Shown here: one piece after another, positions 9,217 through 18,683 of the stretch
Layout of the letters: each line of letters begins with the position of its first letter
Position numbering within the stretch: the stretch's first letter is position 1
Source of the DNA: an uncultured Mobiluncus sp.
GTDB taxonomy: Bacteria; Actinomycetota; Actinomycetes; Actinomycetales; Actinomycetaceae
Assembly: GCF_963511525.1 (NCBI RefSeq)
Contig: NZ_CAUPIY010000006.1
Location: 23,572-87,571, forward strand
DNA: 64,000 bases
Direction: 5' to 3'
The notes under the pieces: model-generated
The model's input: only the letters and a program-made list of their open reading frames with translations
Databases searched by the model: none
Told to the model about the DNA's origin: nothing
Position numbers and translations under genes: made by a program

Positions 9217-10493
9217 GCGACGCTCACATTATCAGCTCAAATTTAGAGGAAATTACCCAGATTCAGGCCACTTTGGTGGAAACCGGATTGTTTGAAGAGG
9301 TGAGCTACAGCACGACTCTGGGCGACTATCGCCGATTACGTAAACGCGACTCCAGCGTAAAGGTCGTACTTGTTTCCACCCGATTGGAGGGCTTCACCTG
9401 GATTGAAGGCGTAAAGGAAGTTCACCACGAGGACGCGCTTTCCCCGGTGGTGTTGATTACTGACGACCAAGAATCCATCACGGTAAACGATGCAATGACC
9501 GCGGGGTTGTCGGAAGTCGTCTCGGCCAACCCCAGCCTGGAAGAATACGTAGCCAAACTGGAGCGGGTCATCAGTCGGCTCAACACCCTCAATCGGCGCC
9601 TGGAACCCACCGAAATGAAAACCGAGACGGCAGGACATTTGGAAGTGTTCTTTGGAGCCAAAGGCGGGGTGGGAACCAGTTTGCACGCCACGTTGTTCGC
9701 TCGGTTTTGGGCCGCCCACGTGCGCACTTGCCTGGTGGATTTGGACCTGTACAAGGGCGATTTGGCGGCCTACTGCGCGGCTCTGCCCCGGCGCAGCATC
9801 GTTGATTTGGCGGAAATTTCGGAAGAATTGTCCGGACGGAGCATTGCCGAAGTGGTGCACAAACTGGAATGTGGCATTGACCTGATTGCCGCTCCCAAGG
9901 ATGTCGAACAAGTCGAAAACATTGACGAACGTGACTTGCAGCTGATTCTCTCTGCGCTGCGTTTCAACTATGACCTGGTGGTGGTGGATTGCGGCTCGCG
10001 GTTGTGGGATTTGGTCGCGGTAGCTATCGAAACCGCTGATGAAGTCACCCTCGTGACCAGCCCGGAGCTGGCGGCGGTGCGGAATGTGCGCAATACACTC
10101 AACGATTTTGAGCGTCTGGAGTTGAGTTTGGGGTCGGCGGCTCCCCGGCTGCTGTTCAACCGGGCTACTAAGAAGGCGGAAATCCAGCCCGAACTGGGCA
10201 GCAAAATGACTGGCCTGAATACGGTTTCTGTCACCAACGAGTCGGGCAACATTGAGACTTACCTCAACACCTCGAACCTGTTGGAAGCCAAAACCAGCGG
10301 ATGGGACTCTATCTATCGCGGAATGTGGGAATCCCAACGAATTCTCACCGAGCTGAGCTCCCGGAGGGAACGACGCAAGCAAACGAGGCTCGCGAAGAAT
10401 CCTCAGGAAGTCAAGGAAGATGGGGCGAATAAAAGCCACGGGAGGCGGGCTTTAAAGAAATTTGGCACGAAAGAAAAAGAGAAAAAACAATGA
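9213..10493 (+). CDS. cpaE: CpaE/TadZ-like pilus localisation protein (degenerate receiver + MinD/ParA-like domain)
   Basis: Deviant Walker A GAKGGVGTS, LVDLDL, YDLVVVDCG; operon position. Confidence 0.85.
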   Translation: MSDAHIISSNLEEITQIQATLVETGLFEEVSYSTTLGDYRRLRKRDSSVKVVLVSTRLEGFTWIEGVKEVHHEDALSPVVLITDDQESITVNDAMTAGLSEVVSANPSLEEYVAKLERVISRLNTLNRRLEPTEMKTETAGHLEVFFGAKGGVGTSLHATLFARFWAAHVRTCLVDLDLYKGDLAAYCAALPRRSIVDLAEISEELSGRSIAEVVHKLECGIDLIAAPKDVEQVENIDERDLQLILSALRFNYDLVVVDCGSRLWDLVAVAIETADEVTLVTSPELAAVRNVRNTLNDFERLELSLGSAAPRLLFNRATKKAEIQPELGSKMTGLNTVSVTNESGNIETYLNTSNLLEAKTSGWDSIYRGMWESQRILTELSSRRERRKQTRLAKNPQEVKEDGANKSHGRRALKKFGTKEKEKKQ

Positions 10494-10861
10494 TTAAGGG
10501 GGAGATTGTGGAAAGAAAACTCGTGAAAGAAAGCGGTCAAGCGACCGTGGAAGGCACGATGGCCATCGTGGTCCTGTTGGGACTGCTGGTGGTGTGTGCA
10601 CAAATGTTGCTCTGGGGAGTTTCCCACTACATTGCTTATACCGCTGCGGAAGAAGGCGCCCGGTTGCATGCCCGCGGCGCCAGCGTGGCCCAGGTCAACG
10701 CAAAGATTGACCAGTGGGTGCCGAGCTTTTGGGACGCTGCTCCGCGAGCCTCGTGGGGTTCGGACACGGTGACGGTGTCTCTGCGGACCCCGGGCCCGGC
10801 TGCGAACTTGTTGGATGACGTGAGCTACACGGCCCAGGTTGTAGGGGAGGACACGCTATGA
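10490..10861 (+). CDS. TadE-like pseudopilin
   Basis: Class III signal ESG|QATVE, then a hydrophobic helix and AAEEGAR. Confidence 0.85.
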   Translation: MIKGEIVERKLVKESGQATVEGTMAIVVLLGLLVVCAQMLLWGVSHYIAYTAAEEGARLHARGASVAQVNAKIDQWVPSFWDAAPRASWGSDTVTVSLRTPGPAANLLDDVSYTAQVVGEDTL

Positions 10862-11235
10862 AAGCCCTGATGCAGTGGATGAAAAACGAACGAGGCTCCA
10901 ACTCGGTGGAGCTGGTGGGCATTTCGATTGTGGTGATTTTCTTTACGGCACTGTTGGCGGAAGGCCTCTACATCGGTTCCGCAGTGGGTGCCACGCAGCA
11001 GGCCGCTCGTGATGCTGCCCGGGCGCAGATGCTCGGCCAGTCTGCCAGCATGGCAGCCCAAGAATCCACACCGGATTGGTTGCGTATCGTGAACCTATCT
11101 ACCGGGGGTTCCGTGCCGGGATGTCTGGGCACCTGCGCGGAAGTCACGACATCGGTGCCGGTGGGGTTACCGAGCCTGACTTTTGCCCACACCCAAATCA
11201 CCCAGCGAGCTATTTTCCCGAAAGAACCCCGGTAA
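10858..11235 (+). CDS. TadE/TadF-like pseudopilin
   Basis: ERG|SNSVE, then a hydrophobic helix and AARDAAR. Confidence 0.85.
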   Translation: MKALMQWMKNERGSNSVELVGISIVVIFFTALLAEGLYIGSAVGATQQAARDAARAQMLGQSASMAAQESTPDWLRIVNLSTGGSVPGCLGTCAEVTTSVPVGLPSLTFAHTQITQRAIFPKEPR

Positions 11236-11237
11236 CT

Positions 11238-12536
11238 ATGCCCCTGACAACTCGTGTTTTCAGTGATGAGAAGCGTCTCGATCGTGACGCTCAGCTCGCG
11301 GAGCATTTTCGCCAGCGACTGCTGGAAGAAATCGATTTGGAGACGATTTTTAAGCTGGATAACTCCAAGCGTCGAGCCCGCCTTGAGAAAGTCCTGCTGC
11401 GTTTGATAACGGCTGAAGGTCCGGTTATTTCCAGCCGGGAACGTGCCAGCCTGATTCGGCGCATCATCGATGAAGCGGTGGGTTTGGGGGTATTGGAACC
11501 CCTGCTGGCTGATGGAAGCATTACCGAAATCATGGTCAACGGAATCAACGACGTGTTTGTTGAACGCCGAGGACGTCTGGAACGTGCCCCTTCTGTGTTC
11601 CGCAACGAAGACCAGTTATACCAGGTCATCGACCGGATTGTGTCTTCGGTAAACCGTCGTATCGACGAATCTTCCCCAATGGTCGACGCCCGGTTGGAAG
11701 GTGGGGAACGTGTCAACATCATCATTCCCCCCTTGGCTTTGGACGGACCTACGGTGACTATCCGGCGTTTCCCCCGGCCCTTCCGACTGCCGGACTTAGT
11801 GACGAAAAAATCCATCAATAAGCCCATCATGGAACTGTTGAAAGTACTGGTCGAAGCCCGCCTGTCCGTGCTGGTGTCCGGCGGTACCGGCACGGGAAAA
11901 ACCACCTTCCTCAACGCCTTGTCCGGGGCTATCCCCGAAACTGAACGCATCATCACCATTGAGGACGATGCGGAACTATCCCTCCAGCAGGCCCACGTGG
12001 TGCGGCTGGAGTCCCGCCCCGCCAACATCGAGGGGGAAGGTGAGGTCACCATTCGTGACCTGGTGAAAAACGCCCTGCGGATGCGCCCCGACCGAATTGT
12101 CGTAGGTGAGGTTCGTGGTGCCGAGGCGATGGATATGCTCCAGGCGATGAACACGGGCCACGAAGGCTCCCTGACCACCGTCCACGCCAACAGTGCGGAG
12201 GATGCGTTGGTGCGTCTGGAAACTTTGGCCTCGATGAGCGAGCTGGAGTTGCCGGTTGACACCCTGCGTGACCAAATTAATACGGCTCTGAACATCATCG
12301 TGCAGTTGACGCGCTCGGTTCAGGGCTACCGTCACGTCGCCGAGATTTCCGCTCTGTTGTCAAAACACCGGGAAAACTATCAGGTTTCAACCATCGCCAA
12401 ATACGTCTATGACGCCGATCCGGTGGGTGATGAACCGGGTCACTTTGAATATTTCCCCCTCCCGGAAAGCTACGTGGAGGCCATCCGTGTCAAGGGCCTC
12501 AGCGTCCCCACAGAGTTCTTGCAGAGGAAAAAGTGA
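11238..12536 (+). CDS. tadA: Tad secretion ATPase CpaF/TadA
   Basis: GLGVLEPLL, ITEIMVNG, GGTGTGKTT, LRMRPDRIVVGEVRG, AMNTGHEGS. Confidence 0.95.
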   Translation: MPLTTRVFSDEKRLDRDAQLAEHFRQRLLEEIDLETIFKLDNSKRRARLEKVLLRLITAEGPVISSRERASLIRRIIDEAVGLGVLEPLLADGSITEIMVNGINDVFVERRGRLERAPSVFRNEDQLYQVIDRIVSSVNRRIDESSPMVDARLEGGERVNIIIPPLALDGPTVTIRRFPRPFRLPDLVTKKSINKPIMELLKVLVEARLSVLVSGGTGTGKTTFLNALSGAIPETERIITIEDDAELSLQQAHVVRLESRPANIEGEGEVTIRDLVKNALRMRPDRIVVGEVRGAEAMDMLQAMNTGHEGSLTTVHANSAEDALVRLETLASMSELELPVDTLRDQINTALNIIVQLTRSVQGYRHVAEISALLSKHRENYQVSTIAKYVYDADPVGDEPGHFEYFPLPESYVEAIRVKGLSVPTEFLQRKK

Positions 12537-13462
12537 TGTCGAGTTCTTCGCTAGTTGAGCTGTTCGCGCTGTGTTTTTGCATCCTCTTGACACTAACACT
12601 GACCTACTGGCGCAACTACCGTCTGCGCAACGCGGAACTCACCGACCTGCTGAATGCCGACAAGGGGGGAACCCGCAACGGCCTATGGACTCGACTGGAA
12701 AAAGGTTTTGCGGCGTCTCGCCCGGGAACGCGACTGGGGGTTTACCTTCGCGCCACCAACATCAGCCTTTCTGCGCTCAGTGTCGTCCTCGCCCTGGTAG
12801 CAGTCACATTACTGGCATCTTACCTGGCGTTTCGTCTGGCCGGAATGGTGGCCGGGGCGGTGGTTCTGTTCCTGATTCCTTTCGGGTTCAAGTCATGGCT
12901 GTCCAATCAGCACGAGAAACGCCTGGCTCGCCTCATCGGCCAGCTTCCGCAGGTGGCACGGATCCTCGCGAATGCGACGTCTTCGGGGTTGTCCATTCAG
13001 CGGGGGATGCAGATGGTTTCCACCGAAATGTCCAAGCCGGCTTCCGAGGAGTTTGCCCAAGCCGTGCATTCTTTAGAAATGGGCGTGACCCTGCAGCAAG
13101 CCTTGACGGAACTGCGCGACCGCAACCCCTCTCGGGAGGTGTCGGTTCTGATTCAAACCGTGGTGATTCAATCGAGAGTCGGGGGCAAGCTGGTTTCCGC
13201 CCTGACCGATATTGCTGCCACATTGGAGGACCGCAAAGAGTTGGCGCGAGAAGCCCTGACCGCGACTTCCGGGGCCAGGTTCTCCGGCTACATGGTCGCT
13301 GCTATCGGTATCCTGGCACCCATCGCCATCGCCTCAGCCTCCGGTTCTTCCATTGATGAGTTGCTGCATACGGATACGGGACGTATCGCGGCGGCGGTCG
13401 GAGGAACCATGATTGCCGCCGGAATCTGGCTGATGTCCAAGTTAGCGAAGGTGAAAGTTTGA
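12536..13462 (+). CDS. tadB: TadB inner-membrane platform protein (T2SSF family)
   Basis: TM pattern, QLPQVARILAN...G, IQSRVGGKL; directly after tadA. Confidence 0.88.
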   Translation: MSSSSLVELFALCFCILLTLTLTYWRNYRLRNAELTDLLNADKGGTRNGLWTRLEKGFAASRPGTRLGVYLRATNISLSALSVVLALVAVTLLASYLAFRLAGMVAGAVVLFLIPFGFKSWLSNQHEKRLARLIGQLPQVARILANATSSGLSIQRGMQMVSTEMSKPASEEFAQAVHSLEMGVTLQQALTELRDRNPSREVSVLIQTVVIQSRVGGKLVSALTDIAATLEDRKELAREALTATSGARFSGYMVAAIGILAPIAIASASGSSIDELLHTDTGRIAAAVGGTMIAAGIWLMSKLAKVKV

Positions 13463-14361
13463 TGCTCACATTCTTTCCCATCCTCGCCCCAGTCCTGGCC
13501 TCGATGCTGTTCTTGCTGGCCGCATGGTCTTTGCGTATCATCACCGTCACCAAGGTCGATCAGTCGGTGGAGGCCGCTCCTACAGCTCAAAAGAAAGCGT
13601 TTCGTGCTTTTGAAGCGGTCATCGACCGGATTGGGAAAGTCGCACAAGGGGGGTTGGGGTTCCTGTATCCTCCGTCGCGCCGTCGCCTGTTGATTCGTAC
13701 TCTCGATGCGGCCGGGCATCCTGAAGGCTTGACTCCCTCGCTGTTTATTCAGCGCCACTCCGGTTTCATCGTGGTCGCTGTGCTGGTCGCCGTGCCTTTC
13801 TTGATCCAAGGTAACGTTTTGATGGCGGCCATTTTTGGGATTGGTTTGGCGGAGTGGATGTGGATTTGGATTTTGCTCTCGGCAAAGGACCGGCGTGCCG
13901 AAGTTGAATCCAGTTTGCCGGATTTCCTAGATGTGCTGGGGGTAACGGTGTCTTCGGGGATGTCTTTCCGTAAATCCATCCAGACCGTCACTCAGTTCTA
14001 TGACGGGCCGCTGGCCGAAGAACTCTCCACCGTTCTCTATGAAATGGGGGTGGGAATCCCGCGGCGGCAAGCCTTCAGTTCCATGCGGGAGCGGGTTCCT
14101 TCCGACTCGATGGATTCCTTCGTGACCGCAATCCTGCAAGCTGAGGAACTGGGAGTACAGCTGTCGGATGCCTTGACATCCATCGCGGTAGAGGTTCGTC
14201 GTGATCATGCGGCGCAGGTACGGCGTCAAGCCGGGCGGGCTACCGCAAAAGTGTCATTAATTGCTACCGTCCTGGTGGTTCCTGGTGCGGTCGTGCTGAT
14301 GTTTGCCTCCCTGTTCCTGCCGATTTTGCAAAGCGGTGCTTTCAATGCCTTCTTGGGTTAG
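13462..14361 (+). CDS. tadC: TadC inner-membrane platform protein (T2SSF family)
   Basis: LPDFLDVL..TVSSG, ILQAEELG; follows tadB. Confidence 0.88.
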   Translation: MLTFFPILAPVLASMLFLLAAWSLRIITVTKVDQSVEAAPTAQKKAFRAFEAVIDRIGKVAQGGLGFLYPPSRRRLLIRTLDAAGHPEGLTPSLFIQRHSGFIVVAVLVAVPFLIQGNVLMAAIFGIGLAEWMWIWILLSAKDRRAEVESSLPDFLDVLGVTVSSGMSFRKSIQTVTQFYDGPLAEELSTVLYEMGVGIPRRQAFSSMRERVPSDSMDSFVTAILQAEELGVQLSDALTSIAVEVRRDHAAQVRRQAGRATAKVSLIATVLVVPGAVVLMFASLFLPILQSGAFNAFLG

Positions 14362-15532
14362 CACCAACGGCAACCTGCAGGAGCAGCTGCGCAATCTTAT
14401 GCTGCGCGGTCCCATCTTGATTGCATTGGATGTGCGAGTGGTGCTGCTAGGGATTTGTCTGGTGGCGAACCCGGAGCCGAAACCGCTACAGGTGTGGGCG
14501 GCTTTCCTGGCTTTGGCCGGGCTAAATTTTGTGCTGTTGTGGCGCAGCCGACGCAATCGGCTGATGGTTCAGTCTTTGCGCCGTTGGCAGGTTTGCGACG
14601 CGATTTTGACCCTGATGGGTTTGAGTATTATCCAAGGAAACGATGGTTGGAGCGCCTACCTGGTCATTTACGCCGCAGTGTCCGCCAGTTTGTATATGTT
14701 GATCTCGGATGGTTTGCTGCCTTTTCTCATGGGACCGGCGTTCATCGTAGTGATTTTCCTGGTCACTAACCAGTTGGGGGCGACCGTGTCCCTAGAAGTC
14801 CTGGTGCAGTATGCCCTGATATTGTTCGGGCAAGTGCTGGGGATGGTGATTCGCCACAACTTCGCGACCTTGTCGGCCGCCATGGAACGCTCCGCCCATG
14901 AACGTGAAGTCAACCTAATCCAATCTGAACGTCTGGAAATGTCTCGTGAACTGCACGACTCTTTGGCCAAAACCGTTCACGGCACCGAGATGATTGCGGC
15001 GGCGACCCTGCAAACTTTACGTGCCGAAAACTCGGCGGCTTTGCCGCAAATGGAGGCAATTCGCGATGCCTGCCGGCAGTCCTCACGGGAAGCCAGGGAG
15101 GTGCTCACCGGTCTGCGCACCCTCTCGCAGCAGGATTTTCGGGAAACTTTGGTTCTGGCTGTCGAGCAGTTTCGGGCTGATAATGCCATCTCGGTGGAAA
15201 CCGCGATTCCGCTGAAACTCCCTCCCATCAACCCTGATGCCCAGTGGGCGGTCGTGAAAGTTCTGCAGGAACTGCTGGAGAACGTGCGCAGACACTCCCA
15301 CGCGACCGAAGTCAGAGTCGAAGTCGTTAAGAACCAGGACTCCTTGTTCCTGACCATTATCGACAACGGTATCGGGCTGCCCACCGACAAGCTAGCCAAC
15401 CTCGCCTTGCGTGGTCACTTCGGTCTGGTGGGGATGCAAGAACGAGTCCGCGCCTTGGGAGGGTCGGTCAACATCATGTCCCACAGTGGGGGCGGCACAA
15501 AAATCACTTTGGCAATTCCACTTGACGAGTAA
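14345..15532 (+). CDS. Membrane sensor histidine kinase (HisKA_3/NarX type)
   Basis: About 5 TM, H-box ERLEMSRELHDSLAK, N-box ELLENVRRH, DNGIG, GHFGLVGMQER. Start is 14345 or 14399. Confidence 0.9.
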   Translation: MPSWVSTNGNLQEQLRNLMLRGPILIALDVRVVLLGICLVANPEPKPLQVWAAFLALAGLNFVLLWRSRRNRLMVQSLRRWQVCDAILTLMGLSIIQGNDGWSAYLVIYAAVSASLYMLISDGLLPFLMGPAFIVVIFLVTNQLGATVSLEVLVQYALILFGQVLGMVIRHNFATLSAAMERSAHEREVNLIQSERLEMSRELHDSLAKTVHGTEMIAAATLQTLRAENSAALPQMEAIRDACRQSSREAREVLTGLRTLSQQDFRETLVLAVEQFRADNAISVETAIPLKLPPINPDAQWAVVKVLQELLENVRRHSHATEVRVEVVKNQDSLFLTIIDNGIGLPTDKLANLALRGHFGLVGMQERVRALGGSVNIMSHSGGGTKITLAIPLDE

Positions 15533-15546
15533 TTGAGGAGGATTTC

Positions 15547-16194
15547 ATGAAAGTACTAGTAGCTGATGATGCCCCCATTATGCGGTTTGGCATTATCTCG
15601 ATTTTGCGTCAATACTGCCAGCAGATAGAGATTTTGGAAGCTGGAGACGGTGAACAAGCTCTCGAAATTTTGCGCGGTGAGAATCTGGATTTGGCACTGT
15701 TGGATGTGCGGATGCCGAAACTATCAGGGCTTGGGGTTTTAGAACAAAATGACACCGAAGTGCCCATCATCATGGTGACCCATTCCGAAGAACCCGCCAT
15801 TATCCAAGCTGCCATGCGCGGGGGAGCTTCAGGTTACCTCGTGCTGGGCGATATCACTCCTGAAGAAATCGGGGGGGTTATTAAAACCTGCCTGAACGGG
15901 GGCATGGTGATGAGCAAAACTGCTGGACGCGGGCTAAAAGCAGCGGCGAGCGAACACTTCGATATCCGCGATGAAGTCAGCCAACGGGAAGCCGAGATTT
16001 TGGATTTTGTGGTCCAAGGAATGTCCAACAAAGAAATCGCTAAGGAACTGTTCCTTTCCGAACGCACGGTAAAGAACTACTTGAACGCCTCGTACAAAAA
16101 AATCGGGGTCAATGATCGTAATCAAGCCGCCATAGTGTGGCGTGACCGGGCTTTTTCTGTGGACTTGGCGTGTTTGGAAGTTGGGGCGCTTTAG
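15547..16194 (+). CDS. NarL/LuxR-family response regulator
   Basis: VADD, LLDVRMP, C-terminal HTH SQRE...GMSNKEIAKELFLSERTVK; GAGGAGG RBS. Confidence 0.93.
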   Translation: MKVLVADDAPIMRFGIISILRQYCQQIEILEAGDGEQALEILRGENLDLALLDVRMPKLSGLGVLEQNDTEVPIIMVTHSEEPAIIQAAMRGGASGYLVLGDITPEEIGGVIKTCLNGGMVMSKTAGRGLKAAASEHFDIRDEVSQREAEILDFVVQGMSNKEIAKELFLSERTVKNYLNASYKKIGVNDRNQAAIVWRDRAFSVDLACLEVGAL

Positions 16195-16294
16195 GGGCGA
16201 ATGCCCCAAGAAGGTGGGGCGGGTTCGTAGCCAGAATAAAAGTGCAAACGAAGTTGACGACCGTTGACTCGCTAGTACCAAAAGGAGAAACAAA

Positions 16295-16510
16295 ATGTCT
16301 ATTCAATCCAAGATTGATAACGCTTTGATTGCGGCTCAGGTTAAGTTGACCAAGCTGACCGAAACCGAAGAAGGCCAGAACTCTATCGAATACGCCGGCA
16401 TGATTGCTGTGGCCGGTATCATCATCGCCGCGATTGTGGCTGCGGCATCCGGCTGGGGCAGTGAACTCGTTGCCAAGATTAGCGCTGCTATTGCCAAGAT
16501 TGGCGGCTAA
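16295..16510 (+). CDS. flp: Flp (type IVb/c) major pilin
   Basis: 71 aa, EEG|QNSIEY Flp motif plus hydrophobic helix; AAGGAG RBS. Confidence 0.9.
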   Translation: MSIQSKIDNALIAAQVKLTKLTETEEGQNSIEYAGMIAVAGIIIAAIVAAASGWGSELVAKISAAIAKIGG

Positions 16511-16526
16511 TCGAGCCTGTGTTGCG

Positions 16527-16570
16527 GTTGTGCCCCGTGCCCGTATCACTGGGCGCGGGGCACAACTTTT
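16527..16570 (+). terminator. Intrinsic terminator after flp
   Basis: GTTGTGCCCCGTGCCC-8 nt-GGGCGCGGGGCACAAC then TTTT. Confidence 0.85.
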
Positions 16571-16602
16571 GTTGGTAAAAATTTTTTCGATGGGGTGGGA
16601 AC

Positions 16603-18117
16603 GTGTTGATCAAATGGTTGAGGTATCTGAAAAGTTCTGAACGTGGTCAGGCCAGTTTGGAATACGCGGGCATGATTGCGGCCGCGGGCATTCTGATTGC
16701 GGTCATCATTGGGGCCGCACAAGGGTGGGGCGACACCTTGGTGTGCAAAATTTCCGGCGCAATCAGCGGCGGCAACGCCGGATGTTCCGCTAGCGTTTCG
16801 GCTAATTCCGCAATCCCAGACAAAGTCCTGGCTGCTGAAAATTCGATGAATTCGGTAAACAAAATCGGCGGCTCCTTTCCTATACAAATTTTTAACGTGG
16901 GGGGTGACTACCAGGGAAAACAAAAGATGCAGCTGAAACAATACTCCGATGGTAGTTACGAACTGGTAGTTGAGAATAGTGATGGGCTCTCATTGAACGG
17001 CTCTGTCGGGAAAGATCTGGACACTAAGGGTTATGGCGTAACGGCGGAACTTAGTGCGAATGCTGAACTGGGCGGATCCAAGGGCGAAACGCAGGTTTAC
17101 CGCTGCCAAGCCGGTCAAAGCGGCTGTATTGAAGCGCTTAAGAAAATTGCTGATGAAGCGCAACGCACCCACGAAGCCAAAGGATTAGAACATCTCACCG
17201 ACAAGAATGGTAATCAGCTCACTGTCGCTGAGGACTGGAAGTATTGGCAAGTTGACGCATCTGCCAGCGGCAAAGCAAAGTTTGGAAATAAAATAGGGGA
17301 TAATTCCACGGCTACCTCGGTTGACGCCAGCGCAGCCGTTTCCCTGAGTGGAAACGCGCAATGGGCTGAGGACTCGGTCACTGGCAACAAGAAACACACC
17401 GTGAGCGGTACTTTTGACGCCAAGGCTGCGGCGTCTCTGGGCACCAAGTCCAAGGCAAAGTGGGGCACGGAAAATGGTACCGAAAATACTTTTGACCTTA
17501 AGTCTCCCTCTCTTTATGCCGGTGCTGGATATAAAGGAGCTTTCCAAATCGTCACCGAACGTGACGCAAAGGGAGAACCTCTCGGCATCAAACTCATCAC
17601 TACTAGAGACATGAATGCCAATGCTGGTATCTCAATGACTGCCGGCACTGTTAAGTCCAAGCGGTCAGGGGCAACGGATCCCAGCAGGTCTAAATTTGGC
17701 CCGAATCTAAGTGGTAAGCACGACTTCGTCTCTTCTGCCGCGACGACCACCACAACGTTGAAACTCAAAGACATCAAAGATCCAGCGTTACGTGCCAAAG
17801 TGAAGGCGCAGATCAACAGTGATACCCTCAGTTCCAACCCGGTGCACGCGGCTCAAATTATCGCCAACGGGGGCATATATGAATCAGATCCGGGAGCGGA
17901 TAACCCGGTCGCGAAAGCCCTATATCAGCATGGGGTGTCCACCACTCAGACTTTCGCTACAGATAAAAATTCAGGTGAATCCGGTATGGACTTAATCCTG
18001 GTACACAGCAACAACGAGTGGTCCACTGATAACCGTAAAACTCTCTCCACCCACTACCTGTCAGAGCCGGATTCGGCGGGAAAGAGGCATGTAGAAACTT
18101 ACAATCCTAAACCGTAG
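16603..18117 (+). CDS. Large protein with N-terminal Flp-pilin domain and ~440-aa unknown Gly/Ser/Thr-rich body
   Basis: ERG|QASLEYAGMIAAAGILI..GWGDTLVCKIS closely parallels the adjacent pilin. Confidence 0.85.
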   Translation: MLIKWLRYLKSSERGQASLEYAGMIAAAGILIAVIIGAAQGWGDTLVCKISGAISGGNAGCSASVSANSAIPDKVLAAENSMNSVNKIGGSFPIQIFNVGGDYQGKQKMQLKQYSDGSYELVVENSDGLSLNGSVGKDLDTKGYGVTAELSANAELGGSKGETQVYRCQAGQSGCIEALKKIADEAQRTHEAKGLEHLTDKNGNQLTVAEDWKYWQVDASASGKAKFGNKIGDNSTATSVDASAAVSLSGNAQWAEDSVTGNKKHTVSGTFDAKAAASLGTKSKAKWGTENGTENTFDLKSPSLYAGAGYKGAFQIVTERDAKGEPLGIKLITTRDMNANAGISMTAGTVKSKRSGATDPSRSKFGPNLSGKHDFVSSAATTTTTLKLKDIKDPALRAKVKAQINSDTLSSNPVHAAQIIANGGIYESDPGADNPVAKALYQHGVSTTQTFATDKNSGESGMDLILVHSNNEWSTDNRKTLSTHYLSEPDSAGKRHVETYNPKP

Positions 18118-18161
18118 GATAAGTAGTGGTGTTTTGTTCGTGTTGATAGAAAGGGTTGTAA

Positions 18162-18671
18162 ATGAAACACAAAGCGATTTGGGCCATGTTTGCGGTCTGT
18201 GCAGTTTCTCTAACTGGTTGCGCCGGAGGCGGCGAGGCAGCGCCGAAAGTACCCGACGGCTGGGTGACTGACACAGTTGCTGGCAAAGTTGAGTTTGCCT
18301 ATCCAAAGGATTATGACAATACGGATGGTGAATTCTTTAACTGGAGCAATATCCACGCTTCAAAAAACTTGTATAACTACGTGGTCGGTAATCAGGACGC
18401 TACCGTAACTGAAATTCCACAGGCAGAAGGTACCTTCGTTTCCCAAGCGACCGGGTTTGAGTACAACCTACAGCCAGGTCGGGTGGAAAACATCAAAATG
18501 CAGGGACATGACGTGCGCACCTTGGACTTCACGATTAGTGATCAAAACTTAGCGAGCCGTGCCTGGTTTATCAAGATTGACGACAATACGGTGGTTTCCA
18601 TTGCTGCCATGTTCGAAAAACAGAACCAGGCAAATCTGGATAAAGTCGCTGAATCTATCAAGATTCTTTAG
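18162..18671 (+). CDS. Lipoprotein of unknown function
   Basis: Signal peptide with lipobox LTG|C; 169 aa; GAAAGG RBS. Confidence 0.85.
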   Translation: MKHKAIWAMFAVCAVSLTGCAGGGEAAPKVPDGWVTDTVAGKVEFAYPKDYDNTDGEFFNWSNIHASKNLYNYVVGNQDATVTEIPQAEGTFVSQATGFEYNLQPGRVENIKMQGHDVRTLDFTISDQNLASRAWFIKIDDNTVVSIAAMFEKQNQANLDKVAESIKIL

Positions 18672-18683
18672 ATAGGAAAGTCC

